Notes: generated from the sequence alone by a model not told the origin. DNA of 64,000 nucleotides from Bacteroidia bacterium (GCA_965279035.1 OZ257142.1:3040001-3104000); one strand, 5' to 3'. Counted from the first letter of the stretch, positions 51,914 to 61,197 are shown. Made by a program: numbers and translations.

Positions 51914-52693
51914 TTATTCTCCTCGGAAAATCGGCTTTCGTTTTTCCACAAATGCATTTACACCTTCTTGGTAATCGTGACTTTCGCTGGCTTGAATTTG
52001 AAAATCTCCTTCTGCCTTTAGTTGAGCATACAGGTCATTTGATAAACTTTGATTGAAAAGATTTTTTGTTAATCCCAAAGCTTTTGTAGGCATTTGAGCT
52101 AGCGTAAGTGCAGTCTTTTCTACTTCAGCTTCGAATTGATCTGCAGGAATAGCTTTGTAAATCATCCCCATTTTCTCTGCATCAACAGCTGAAACTTTAT
52201 CGCCAAGTAGACATAGTGCAAGTGCTTTTTGAAAGCCTACTAATCGAGGTAAGAAGAATGTTCCAGCGCTATCGGGAATTAATCCGATTTTACTAAATGC
52301 CTGGATAAAACTAGCATTTTCACTTGCAAGTACAACATCACAAGCGAGGGCGATATTAGCTCCCGCTCCAGCAGCAACACCGTTTACAGCGGCAATTACT
52401 GGTTTTTCGATGTTCCGAATGCGTGTGATAATAGGATTATAATGCTCATCCAAAATGACTCTAAATCCTGGATTTAATTCGGGTGTAGTAACTTCTTTTA
52501 AATCTTGTCCAGCACAAAATGCCTTTCCGTTTCCTGTAATAAGAATAGCACGAACTAAATGATCATGCGCGAAGGCATCAAGTACTTTTTGAAATGACAG
52601 TGCCATTTCACGATTAAACGAATTAAATACATCGGGGCGATTGAATTGAATATATCCAATACCATTTTCTATGCGAGAAAGAATTGATTCCAT
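51914..52693 (-). CDS. paaG: Ring-1,2-epoxyphenylacetyl-CoA isomerase
   Basis: FCAGQDL, YNPII, AAGAGAN, GLIPDSAG; start at MESIL. Confidence 0.92.
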   Translation of the reverse strand: MESILSRIENGIGYIQFNRPDVFNSFNREMALSFQKVLDAFAHDHLVRAILITGNGKAFCAGQDLKEVTTPELNPGFRVILDEHYNPIITRIRNIEKPVIAAVNGVAAGAGANIALACDVVLASENASFIQAFSKIGLIPDSAGTFFLPRLVGFQKALALCLLGDKVSAVDAEKMGMIYKAIPADQFEAEVEKTALTLAQMPTKALGLTKNLFNQSLSNDLYAQLKAEGDFQIQASESHDYQEGVNAFVEKRKPIFRGE

Positions 52694-52767
52694 GAGCTTT
52701 TTTGAGGGCTGCAAAATACACAAGCTTTGCTGATTTGAGAGGATTTATTGAAAGATATAATCGATTC

Positions 52768-53230
52768 TTTATCAACGGACTTGTTGGTAAATCCTGCTTG
52801 GATGATGTTGAAAATTGATGTAGGGAATTCCCACGACTATCCCCTTCCCATTGGAAAATTAATACTTATTAAAATACGGAAGCTAAAAAGGTATTCACAT
52901 GACTGTTGATACTGTTTATTAACTAATCTGTTTGTAATTCCAGCTTGATAATAAATTACAAATTAATTAGGGAATTCCCACAATCATCCCCTTCCCAGTG
53001 GAAAATTAATTCGCGGAAGAATTCTCTCGACAATTAAGAATAGAAAATAATGAACCCGCCTGTTGATAAAGTTTATCAACTTCTTTGTTTGTAATTCCCG
53101 CTTGACAATTAATAGAAATTATTTTAGGGAATTCCCAGCACTATCCCCTTCCCAGTGGAAATTTACAAATGATAAGAATACGTTAAACAGGTAGCACTTT
53201 AAAGCTATCCACAGACCTGTTAATTAAGTT
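52768..53230. repeat. Non-coding array of three 90-bp units plus a partial fourth
   Basis: Units at 52768, 52915 and 53072 align without gaps; core TAGGGAATTCCCA-N5-ATCCCCTTCCCAnTGGAAA. Confidence 0.9.
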
Positions 53231-53246
53231 GTTATTGAGTAGTGAA

Positions 53247-53738
53247 TTACTTCAAACACTTGAAGTAATCAAAGGGCTCCAAGCAATCCTCGCATTTGAA
53301 TAATGCTTTGCAGGCGGTAGAACCAAACTGACTAATCATCACTGTATTGGTAGATCCACATTGCGGACATTTTACCAAGCGTTTATTGCCGAGTAGGACA
53401 GCTTTATCGGCTTCGGGAGATAAAGGAGCAGCAATACCATAACCTTCGAGGGCTTTACGGCCTTTTTCGGTGATCCAATCGGTGCTCCAAGCTGGAGATA
53501 GAATTAAATTAACTTTTGCTTCGTAACCAGCTACTTGGAGTGCTTTTTTAATATCGTCGCCCATCATATCCATAGCTGGACAACCGCTGTAAGTGGGCGT
53601 GATATCTACTACCACGCCCGTTCCCACAAATTGTGCTTTCCGAACTACACCCATCTGAACAACCGACAGGACGGGTATTTCAGGGTCGGCAACTTCATCT
53701 AGAATATGATAAAGAGTTGAATCAATCTCTTGTTCCAT
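53247..53738 (-). CDS. paaD: Phenylacetyl-CoA epoxidase subunit D
   Basis: DPEIP, TPTYSGCPAM, CPQCGS, FGSTACKA, EPFDYFKC. Confidence 0.95.
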   Translation of the reverse strand: MEQEIDSTLYHILDEVADPEIPVLSVVQMGVVRKAQFVGTGVVVDITPTYSGCPAMDMMGDDIKKALQVAGYEAKVNLILSPAWSTDWITEKGRKALEGYGIAAPLSPEADKAVLLGNKRLVKCPQCGSTNTVMISQFGSTACKALFKCEDCLEPFDYFKCLK

Positions 53739-53745
53739 GGTTTTA

Positions 53746-54498
53746 TTACCAAGTCATGTTAGGATAGGTACGTTGCATGTATTGCATTTCGGTTAAAATG
53801 AATCCCATATGTTCGGTATGTTTTCCGGATTTACCTCCCTGTTGGAAATACTTCGACTCGGGTGTTTGCAATGTTGCTTCGGTTAAAATTTCACTAACAC
53901 GTTTATAGTAATCTTCACGATAGTGAGTTACATCAACTCCAACACCTGCAGCAATCATTGCTTTATCGGCATCGGTTTGCTGAAATAATTCTTCCGTATA
54001 AACCCAAAGATCGTTGATAGCAGTTTGGATGCGTTGATGACTTTCGGCAGTACCATCACCTAAGCGACGAATCCAATCGGAAGAAAAACGAACATGATAG
54101 GATACTTCTTTAAATCCTTTTTTAGCTATGGCAGCTATCGTTTCGTCTTTACTGTCTTGCAAACGACTAATAAGGTGATGATGAAATACATCGAACAGAA
54201 ATTGACGAGAGATTACATAGCCAAAATCGGTATTGGGTTGCTCAACAAGCAGCACATTTTTGTATTCAAATTCTTTGCGGAGAAATGCAACAGAATCTTC
54301 GTTTGCATCTGCCCCTTGAAGTGAAGCAACATACTGATAAAAGCTTCGTACTTGCCCAAAAAGGTCGAGGCTTATATTGGTGAGTGCGATATCGGTTTCG
54401 ATGTTGGGACCATGTCCACACAATTCACCGAGACGTTGTCCGAGAATAAGGTCATTATCGGCAATGCCGTAAATGTATTCGATCAGGTTATTCGTCAT
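53746..54498 (-). CDS. paaC: Phenylacetyl-CoA epoxidase subunit C
   Basis: LILGQRLGE, KEVSYH, RLGDGT, EMQYMQRTYP. Confidence 0.95.
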   Translation of the reverse strand: MTNNLIEYIYGIADNDLILGQRLGELCGHGPNIETDIALTNISLDLFGQVRSFYQYVASLQGADANEDSVAFLRKEFEYKNVLLVEQPNTDFGYVISRQFLFDVFHHHLISRLQDSKDETIAAIAKKGFKEVSYHVRFSSDWIRRLGDGTAESHQRIQTAINDLWVYTEELFQQTDADKAMIAAGVGVDVTHYREDYYKRVSEILTEATLQTPESKYFQQGGKSGKHTEHMGFILTEMQYMQRTYPNMTW

Positions 54499-54535
54499 AG
54501 GAATTCGATTTAAAATTGATTCAGGTTAAACCTGA

Positions 54536-54817
54536 TTACATGTGTTTAACTTCTTCAGGAAGCACGTAGAATGTAGGGTGACGATAAGCTTTATCGGCTG
54601 CCGGTTCGAACAATTCTGCATTTTCCTCTGGACGAGATGCAGTTATTTGTGCAGAAGGAACTACCCAAATACTAACGCCCTCGTTGCGACGGGTATAAAC
54701 ATCGCGAGCATTTTCCATTGCCATTGCAGCATCTGCCGCGTGAAGGCTACCGCAGTGGCGGTGTTCTAGTCCGTTTTTACTTCTGATAAAAACTTCCCAT
54801 AGTGGCCAGTCTTTCAT
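54536..54817 (-). CDS. paaB: Phenylacetyl-CoA epoxidase subunit B
   Basis: WPLWEVF, GSLHA, ARDVYTRRNEGVSIWVV, YRHPTFY. Confidence 0.96.
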   Translation of the reverse strand: MKDWPLWEVFIRSKNGLEHRHCGSLHAADAAMAMENARDVYTRRNEGVSIWVVPSAQITASRPEENAELFEPAADKAYRHPTFYVLPEEVKHM

Positions 54818-54838
54818 AATATGAAAATTTGATTAGTT

Positions 54839-54948
54839 AATGTGCTGATATGCCAGTGTGCTAGTGTGTTAATGTGCTAGTGTGCTGATGTGCTGGTGAT
54901 TAGATTGCAAATTCGTAATTCGTAATTCGTAATTCGTAATTCGTAATT
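54839..54948. repeat. TGTGCT octamer tract followed by perfect (AATTCGT)5
   Basis: Octamer tract 54839-54900; five perfect heptamers 54910-54944. Confidence 0.92.
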
Positions 54949-54950
54949 AA

Positions 54951-55898
54951 TCAAACCAATTCAACAACAGCTTTTTTCTCTGCATAAGCCATGGCTGCAT
55001 CACGAACCCAAGCTCCATCTGCATGTGCTTTGCGACGAGCTTCCATACGGGTTTTGTTACATGGACCATGACCGTTTACAACTTGCCAGAATTCATCCCA
55101 ATTAAGTGGACCAAAATCATAATGATTACGGTTATCGTTCCACTTCAACTCTTTATCTGGAACAGTTAATCCAATAAGGTTCGCTTGAGGAACGGTTTGG
55201 TCGACAAATGCCTGACGAAGTTCATCATTGGTTTTGCGTTTCAATTTCCAATGCATCGATTGTTCGGTATTAGGAGATTTGTCATCGGCCGGACCAAACA
55301 TCATCAAAGCAGGCCACCACCAGCGATTCATAGCATCTTGAGCCATTTCTTTTTGTTGAGGCGTTCCGTTCATCAAGGTCATTAGGATTTCGTAGCCCTG
55401 ACGTTGGTGGAAACTTTCTTCCTTGCAAATACGAATCATTGCACGGGAATATGGTCCGTAGGATGTATTAATTAATGCCACTTGATTCATAATGGCAGCA
55501 CCATCTACTAACCAGCCAATTGCTCCGATATCGGCCCAATTCAATGCTGGATAATTAAAGATGCTTGAATATTTTGCTTTTCCACTATGCAATTGATCAA
55601 TTAATTCTTCACGCGAAATACCAAGTGTTTCGGCAGCACTGTATAAATACAAACCATGTCCGCCTTCATCTTGAATTTTAGCTAATAAAGCCACTTTACG
55701 ACGAAGTGATGGACAACGTGTAACCCAATTTCCTTCGGGCAACATTCCAACAATTTCGGAATGTGCGTGCTGAGAAATTTGACGGATATGTGTTAAACGA
55801 TACTTCTCGGGCATCCAGTCTTTGGGCTCAATTTTCTCGTCGTTAATTATGCGCAGGTTGAATGCATCTTCGAGCGCTTGATTTTCCTGTTCTGTCAT
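54951..55898 (-). CDS. paaA: Phenylacetyl-CoA epoxidase subunit A
   Basis: [33 protein letters not shown]. Confidence 0.96.
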   Translation of the reverse strand: MTEQENQALEDAFNLRIINDEKIEPKDWMPEKYRLTHIRQISQHAHSEIVGMLPEGNWVTRCPSLRRKVALLAKIQDEGGHGLYLYSAAETLGISREELIDQLHSGKAKYSSIFNYPALNWADIGAIGWLVDGAAIMNQVALINTSYGPYSRAMIRICKEESFHQRQGYEILMTLMNGTPQQKEMAQDAMNRWWWPALMMFGPADDKSPNTEQSMHWKLKRKTNDELRQAFVDQTVPQANLIGLTVPDKELKWNDNRNHYDFGPLNWDEFWQVVNGHGPCNKTRMEARRKAHADGAWVRDAAMAYAEKKAVVELV

Positions 55899-55934
55899 GT
55901 TACGTGTTCTATTTATGATCCGTAAAAAAGAGAA

Positions 55935-57008
55935 TTAAACATCAAAATCGACTACCAAACGGGAAGTCGTGGGAACTGCCTGACAACTCAAAATAAACTT
56001 GCGTTTTAATTCTGATTCATCTAGGGCGTAATTAACTTTCATTTCTGCTTCACCTTCTAATACTTTACAACGACAGGTGCTACAAACACCACCTTTACAA
56101 GCAAATGGTAAATCGGCACCTGCTGCTAAAGCTCCATCGAGGATATTGTCGAACTCTTTCGACATAGTAAAATGAAACTCTTTTCCGCCATCGATAATGG
56201 TTACTTCTGTTCCTTCTACTTTTTTATCCAATACACTTTTAACTTGTGATTGTAGTTCGGTAGAATTACTAGTAGTGAAAAGTTCGAAATGGATTTTTTC
56301 TTTCGATATGCCGGCAGATTCTAATTCATCACGAATGAGGAAAATCATGGATTCTGGACCACAAATAAAACATTCGTCTATGGATTTAGGATCGAATAAT
56401 TTGCTGGATAAAATGTTGATTTTATCTGCCGTAAAACGACCGTTCATCAAAGGAACATCGCGGTGTTCTTTGGTGAGAAAATAGAATATTTCGAATCGAT
56501 TGAAATATTCATTTTTCAAGGCCTCAATATCTTCTTTGAATAGAATTGATTTTACATTTCGATTCAAATAGAAAAGCTTGAAAGTGCTTTTAGACTCGGA
56601 TGCTAAATGCGTTTTGATTATGGATAAAATAGGTGTGATTCCACTTCCGGCAGCAAAGGCGATGTAGTTTCTTTCTTGTGTTGGATTGCAGTCTTTAAAG
56701 AATGTTCCATTGGGTGGCATCACTTCAATGGTATCGCCTTTTTTCAAGGTCTCATTCGCATAGGTTGAGAAAAGTCCGCCATCGATTTTCTTAACCGCAA
56801 CTTGCCATTTCCGTTCGAGCGGACTGGAGCAAAGTGAGTAAGATCGACGTACATCCTGATTTCCTATCATGGCGCGTAGTGTGAGGTGTTGACCTTGTTT
56901 GTATTGAAATTCACGTTTTAATTGTTCGGGAACTTCAAGCGTAATTACCGAGCATTCGTCGGTGTCTTTATAAATATCGGAGATTAAAAGAGGAAAAAAT
57001 TTAGCCAT
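55935..57008 (-). CDS. paaE: Phenylacetyl-CoA epoxidase reductase (FAD/NAD/2Fe-2S)
   Basis: RSYSLC, AAGSGITP, CGP, CKGGVCSTC...LSCQ. Confidence 0.95.
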   Translation of the reverse strand: MAKFFPLLISDIYKDTDECSVITLEVPEQLKREFQYKQGQHLTLRAMIGNQDVRRSYSLCSSPLERKWQVAVKKIDGGLFSTYANETLKKGDTIEVMPPNGTFFKDCNPTQERNYIAFAAGSGITPILSIIKTHLASESKSTFKLFYLNRNVKSILFKEDIEALKNEYFNRFEIFYFLTKEHRDVPLMNGRFTADKINILSSKLFDPKSIDECFICGPESMIFLIRDELESAGISKEKIHFELFTTSNSTELQSQVKSVLDKKVEGTEVTIIDGGKEFHFTMSKEFDNILDGALAAGADLPFACKGGVCSTCRCKVLEGEAEMKVNYALDESELKRKFILSCQAVPTTSRLVVDFDV

Positions 57009-57028
57009 TGTTTGGGTTGGGTGCGCAG

Positions 57029-57060
57029 ACTAACAAATGTTAGTTTGTTGAGCAAATTTA
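57029..57060 (-). promoter_or_regulatory. paa operon promoter with TetR-type operator
   Basis: Minus-strand TAAATTTG (57053-57060) followed by the palindrome ACTAACA-AA-TGTTAGT (57029-57044). Confidence 0.75.
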
Positions 57061-57196
57061 GAAGTTTATTTCAATTCAGCAATGGCTTGAAAAAAAATAT
57101 GATGGTAATAAAAAAGAATAAGTCGGTTTGCTAAAGTATCATGAAAAGCAAATTTCCTAACTGAAATTGAAAATGAGAAAATCTTATATTTGTAAA

Positions 57197-57490
57197 ATGA
57201 CTATCGACAATCAAAAACTTGAATCTGTCAGAAAGTACTTTAGCGCTTGTCCTGTGTTAAAGGCATATCTATTTGGTTCTTATGTCAGAGGTGAAGCGGA
57301 CCATAAAAGTGATGTAGATATTCTTGTTGAATTGGATTATTCCCAGCATATAGGTCTTCGATTTGTTCAAATGCAAATAGAACTCGAGAAGTTGCTCAAT
57401 AATAAAGTTGATTTGGTTTCTTCCCAAGGTATTTCTAAGCATCTTCAAGCAATTATAGATTCGGAAAAGAAGCTGATTTATGCGAGGTAA
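57197..57490 (+). CDS. Minimal nucleotidyltransferase antitoxin (MntA-like)
   Basis: GSYVRGEADHKSDVD (GSX10DXD), KVDLV; TATATTTG box just upstream. Confidence 0.9.
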   Translation: MTIDNQKLESVRKYFSACPVLKAYLFGSYVRGEADHKSDVDILVELDYSQHIGLRFVQMQIELEKLLNNKVDLVSSQGISKHLQAIIDSEKKLIYAR

Positions 57491-57827
57491 ACTAGGAGAT
57501 CGAGTTCGTTTACTGCATATCCTTGAAGCAATTAAAGAAATCGATTCGTATGTCGGGAATGTTGATTTCAACTCATTTTCAGAGCATTCTATGATGCGAT
57601 TTGCATGCATAAAACATATGGAAATCATAGGTGAAGCAAGCAATCATATATCATCAGAAATGAAATTAGAATTTTCTGAAATTGAATGGGGGCAAATTAT
57701 AGGAATGCGTAATGTATTTGTCCATGAATATTTTGGAATAGACAATCGCCTAGTTTGGGATATCATAATGCATGATTTGCCAAGACTAAGAAGCAAAATA
57801 GAATCAATATTACAATCGATTGAATAA
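57480..57827 (+). CDS. HEPN/DUF86 RNase toxin (HepT-like)
   Basis: EIIGEA, RNVFVHEY (RX4HXY). Confidence 0.9.
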   Translation: MRGKLGDRVRLLHILEAIKEIDSYVGNVDFNSFSEHSMMRFACIKHMEIIGEASNHISSEMKLEFSEIEWGQIIGMRNVFVHEYFGIDNRLVWDIIMHDLPRLRSKIESILQSIE

Positions 57828-57848
57828 ACTCGAAAAGAAGATTTTTCT

Positions 57849-58418
57849 CTAGAGAATTCCCTGCAACAATACGCGCGACATGTCGGCTTTGAGCTGAGCT
57901 GGTTGCAGCGATTTTTTACGCCCGTACCAAAGATGAAGCGTTCTTAATGTAGAAAGCATGGAAAAAAGCATGAGTTCGACATTCAAATCGGAAATTTCTC
58001 CTGAACTAATACCTTTTTTTAAGATGCTACGAAATTTTTCTTCGTAGCGATCGCGCATGCGGATGAAATATTCGAGTTCTTCGGTAGCCAAATGCATCCA
58101 GTCGTTGTTTACACAGGCCATGGCATCAGGATCACGCAGTGTCAAATCAATATGCAAATCGATGAGTTGATGTAATTGTTCTTTGACTGGAATTTTTAAT
58201 CCAGAAACATCATTGATTCCAGTTGTAAAATCTTCGGCAATACGAATGATAATGAGCTCGAGGATTTCTTGTTTGGATTTGATATGATTGTAAAGACTAG
58301 CTGCTTTGATATCTAATTCCTGAGCTATATCGCGCATGGAAACCGCATTGTATCCTCTTACACGAAACAGCTTTGCTGATACTTGAAGGATTTCGGATTT
58401 GCGGTCAATTTTTTCCAT
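57849..58418 (-). CDS. TetR-family regulator (probable PaaR)
   Basis: GYNAVSMRDIA...ASLYNHIKSK; lies upstream of paaE. Confidence 0.88.
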   Translation of the reverse strand: MEKIDRKSEILQVSAKLFRVRGYNAVSMRDIAQELDIKAASLYNHIKSKQEILELIIIRIAEDFTTGINDVSGLKIPVKEQLHQLIDLHIDLTLRDPDAMACVNNDWMHLATEELEYFIRMRDRYEEKFRSILKKGISSGEISDLNVELMLFSMLSTLRTLHLWYGRKKSLQPAQLKADMSRVLLQGIL

Positions 58419-58606
58419 TGCTGCAAACTTAGATGAATTTAACGAATTGAAATCGATATGAATATTCCTTTGAAATTTTTCAGAGTTAATAGATTCTAAA
58501 AAATAGTAGTGAATTAGTAAAACTTAGAAAGAATAAATTAAATCGGAATGAATATTTATAAATGCGTAATTCATAATTAACGAAAATGCTGCAAAAAGGA
58601 TTGAGC

Positions 58607-58677
58607 CAAATGCCGTGCATGGGCGAAAGCCTGATGACGATTGGGATGAAGCAAGGCGGAATACCAATTGGCATTTG
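58607..58677 (+). ncRNA. Candidate structured RNA (three-way junction), family unknown
   Basis: P1 CAAATGCC/GGCATTTG; P2 capped by GGGC-GAAA-GCCT; P3 GATTGG/CCAATT. Confidence 0.35.
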
Positions 58678-58786
58678 CCCAAAATTAAATTGAAATAATT
58701 CTATGAATTTTGATAGTAAATTTTGAATAAATTCATGAATCCTTATTTAATTTATCCGTAATTCGGAATTGTTAAACGTCTTTAAA

Positions 58787-59191
58787 ATGTCGCCTAATAC
58801 GATTGTTCGGGAGAAAATAAAAAAGAAGATTGTTCAAGCAGAAATGCGCGAAGAACTTGCGCGTGCGATAAAACCTCATGGTCAAGTTGTAGTTCATATT
58901 GTATTTCCACCGCAACTAGAAATGTACGTGATTCGGATTTGGCGTAGCACTTATTTAATATCAAGAAATACAAATCATCGGAGTCGATTGCTCCATGTTG
59001 AAAATATAAGTATTGCTCCCATTTGGACCGAAGTTCTTTCCAAACAAGCGTATACATTTACCTTAATTTTTGAAGGATTTCCGGCCGATGTAGAATTGTT
59101 CGATTTAGCAGAAGAAATACCCGAACCCGATGGATTTCACTACACCAATTTAGTTAGAAACGAACAAGATGTTTATTGGATTCGTGGATGA
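58787..59191 (+). CDS. Hypothetical protein
   Basis: About 134 aa ORF from MSPNT; no family recognised. Confidence 0.65.
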   Translation: MSPNTIVREKIKKKIVQAEMREELARAIKPHGQVVVHIVFPPQLEMYVIRIWRSTYLISRNTNHRSRLLHVENISIAPIWTEVLSKQAYTFTLIFEGFPADVELFDLAEEIPEPDGFHYTNLVRNEQDVYWIRG

Positions 59192-59236
59192 CAATCTTGA
59201 TTTCAAGAAAGCGCTGCATTTCTCTATCTTTGCCCC

Positions 59237-59896
59237 ATGCTTACCTCGTTTACCGAAGAAAATTATCTGAAAGCAATATTCAAGCTTGCCGGTCAAACCG
59301 AGGGGAATGTGAGCACCAACGCCATTGCGGAAGTTTTACAAACCAAAGCTTCGTCGGTTACCGACATGATTAAAAAATTGGGGGAGAAGAATTTAGTAAA
59401 CCATCAACGCTATCAAGGAGTTCGGCTGACCGATTTAGGTCGAAAATGTGCACTCGATATTGTGCGTAAACACCGGCTTTGGGAAGTATTTCTGGTTGAA
59501 CAATTGGGTTTAGGTTGGGAAGAAGTACACGACATTGCCGAACAATTAGAACATACCAGTTCTCCTAAATTATATGAACACCTCGATCGTTACCTCAACT
59601 TTCCGCGTTTCGATCCTCATGGCGATCCTATTCCCGACAAAAGTGGAAAAATGGAACGTCGTTCTCAAGTGAGTTTGTTAGATGTGGAGTCGGGCGTTTT
59701 AAAAATTGTAGAAGGCGTTACTGATCACCTACCCGATTTTTTACAATATCTACAAGCCATCAACCTAATGCCCGGATCGAGTGTAACAGTTACACGTCGC
59801 TTTGGCTTTGATGGTTCGGCTGGAATTCGCATTGGAGATAGTAACGAAGTGATTATATCGCGGCACGTTGCTGCAAACATTTTGGTTAAATCCTGA
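59237..59896 (+). CDS. mntR: DtxR/MntR-family metal-dependent repressor with FeoA-like domain
   Basis: EENYLKAI, RKHRLWE, AEQLEH, DPHGDPIP. Confidence 0.9.
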   Translation: MLTSFTEENYLKAIFKLAGQTEGNVSTNAIAEVLQTKASSVTDMIKKLGEKNLVNHQRYQGVRLTDLGRKCALDIVRKHRLWEVFLVEQLGLGWEEVHDIAEQLEHTSSPKLYEHLDRYLNFPRFDPHGDPIPDKSGKMERRSQVSLLDVESGVLKIVEGVTDHLPDFLQYLQAINLMPGSSVTVTRRFGFDGSAGIRIGDSNEVIISRHVAANILVKS

Positions 59897-59899
59897 ATC

Positions 59900-60367
59900 A
59901 TGGCTCAACCCAATAAACAGGTTATCCAACTCAATATTAAGAACAGAAAAGCCTCGTTCGAATATCAATTGCTTATGCAGTTTAGCGCGGGCATTATGTT
60001 AACTGGAACTGAAATAAAATCGGTACGTGCCGGGAAAGTGAATATCGCCGATGCATACTGCACCTTTGTAAAAGAAGAATTGTATGTGCGCAACATGCAC
60101 ATTCAGGAATACGAAATGGGCAACATATTTAATCATGAACCCAAGCGCGATCGGAAACTGCTTTTGAATAAAACGGAGCTATCGAAACTTCGGGGGAAAA
60201 TGAAAGACAAAGGTTTGACCATAGTTCCACTTCAAATGTTCTTGAGTGAAAGTGGTTTTGCCAAATTGGATATTGCCTTAGCGAAAGGAAAGAAACTATA
60301 CGACAAACGCGAATCGCTTAAGGACAAAGTTGTAAAGCGAAATTTAGCTCGTCAAGACGCTGATTGA
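59900..60367 (+). CDS. smpB: SsrA-binding protein
   Basis: NRKA, GIMLTGTEIKS, RKLLL, GKKLYDKRE. Confidence 0.97.
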   Translation: MAQPNKQVIQLNIKNRKASFEYQLLMQFSAGIMLTGTEIKSVRAGKVNIADAYCTFVKEELYVRNMHIQEYEMGNIFNHEPKRDRKLLLNKTELSKLRGKMKDKGLTIVPLQMFLSESGFAKLDIALAKGKKLYDKRESLKDKVVKRNLARQDAD

Positions 60368-60368
60368 T

Positions 60369-61019
60369 TTAGCTTCGATGTTCTAGTAATGGAACAAAGC
60401 GAAATTCTCCATGTTCTTCACTTACGATTGAACCATCGGCTGATTTATCGAGCACATGCATCACTTGCTTTCCATCCAAACCAACCGGAATCACAAGTTT
60501 CCCTCCCGGTTTTAATTGATCAATTAATGCATCCGGAATAAATGGCGCTCCAGCTGTTACAAGAATTTTGTCGAATGGAGCAAAAGCAGGCTGACCTATA
60601 TATCCATCACCAAAAAACAAACGTGCTTGAATGTTCATGAGTTCGAGCAACTTTTTTGTACGAACATATAAAGCATGCTGACGCTCGATGCTAAAAATTT
60701 TCACTCCAAACTGAGCCAATACCGCTGTTTGATAACCACTTCCGGTTCCAATTTCTAGGATTTTTTCCCCTGCTTTCAATCCCAATAAGTGTGTTTGAAA
60801 AGCAACGGTTGAAGGATGCGAAATGGTTTGTCCAGCACCAATTTGAAAGGCGATGTCTTCGTATGCTTTTTCGACAAAGGCAATATCTTGAAAAAACTGA
60901 TGACGAGGAACAGCACGTATAGCATCCAACACAGTTTCGTTCACAATGCCCTTAGCACGTAATTCATCAACCAGCCGGTTGCGTAATCCTTTATGTCTGA
61001 ATGAATCGGGTAACAGCAT
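60369..61019 (-). CDS. pcm: Protein-L-isoaspartate O-methyltransferase
   Basis: VPRH, GQTIS, LEIGTGSGYQ, FRFVPL; start reset to MLLPDS. Confidence 0.93.
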   Translation of the reverse strand: MLLPDSFRHKGLRNRLVDELRAKGIVNETVLDAIRAVPRHQFFQDIAFVEKAYEDIAFQIGAGQTISHPSTVAFQTHLLGLKAGEKILEIGTGSGYQTAVLAQFGVKIFSIERQHALYVRTKKLLELMNIQARLFFGDGYIGQPAFAPFDKILVTAGAPFIPDALIDQLKPGGKLVIPVGLDGKQVMHVLDKSADGSIVSEEHGEFRFVPLLEHRS

Positions 61020-61197
61020 CGTTCTTTCTCCTCGGAATGCACGAAAATACATGGAGGAGAAGATGGATTGTTTGTTCGATGAACCCAATCGTTCACAAAC
61101 GTTTGTTCATTTTTTTTCCTTCAGGATTTCTTCTTTCGATGCTTCAGGTTCTTTTCTTTCAATCAAAATGCGCTAGGTTTGCGCAAAATTAAAGAGT

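Noticed and set aside
52821-53161. 37-nt cores as a CRISPR array
   Set aside because: Intervals of 110-120 bp contain their own conserved blocks, the core has an internal variable window, and no cas genes are present
52768-53161. Tandem cobalamin or FMN riboswitches (AGGGAA, CCACTGGGAAGG, AATTCCC)
   Set aside because: The motifs are on opposite strands or in the wrong order and the other conserved elements are missing
52821-53166. Repeated minus-strand peptide F(H/Q)WEGDxxGNSL
   Set aside because: No start codon found; unit 1 has in-frame stops just upstream and units 2-3 stop right after the core
58619-58640. Hammerhead core (CTGATGA), 16S-like 18-mer, or yybP-ykoY riboswitch
   Set aside because: No correctly placed GAAA and stems for a hammerhead, no flanking rRNA similarity, and no GGGGAGTA motif
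52768-59000. oriC call from DnaA-like boxes and the strand switch near 57-59 kb
   Set aside because: Boxes are imperfect, the site is inside an operon and skew cannot be computed here; kept only as an alternative hypothesis
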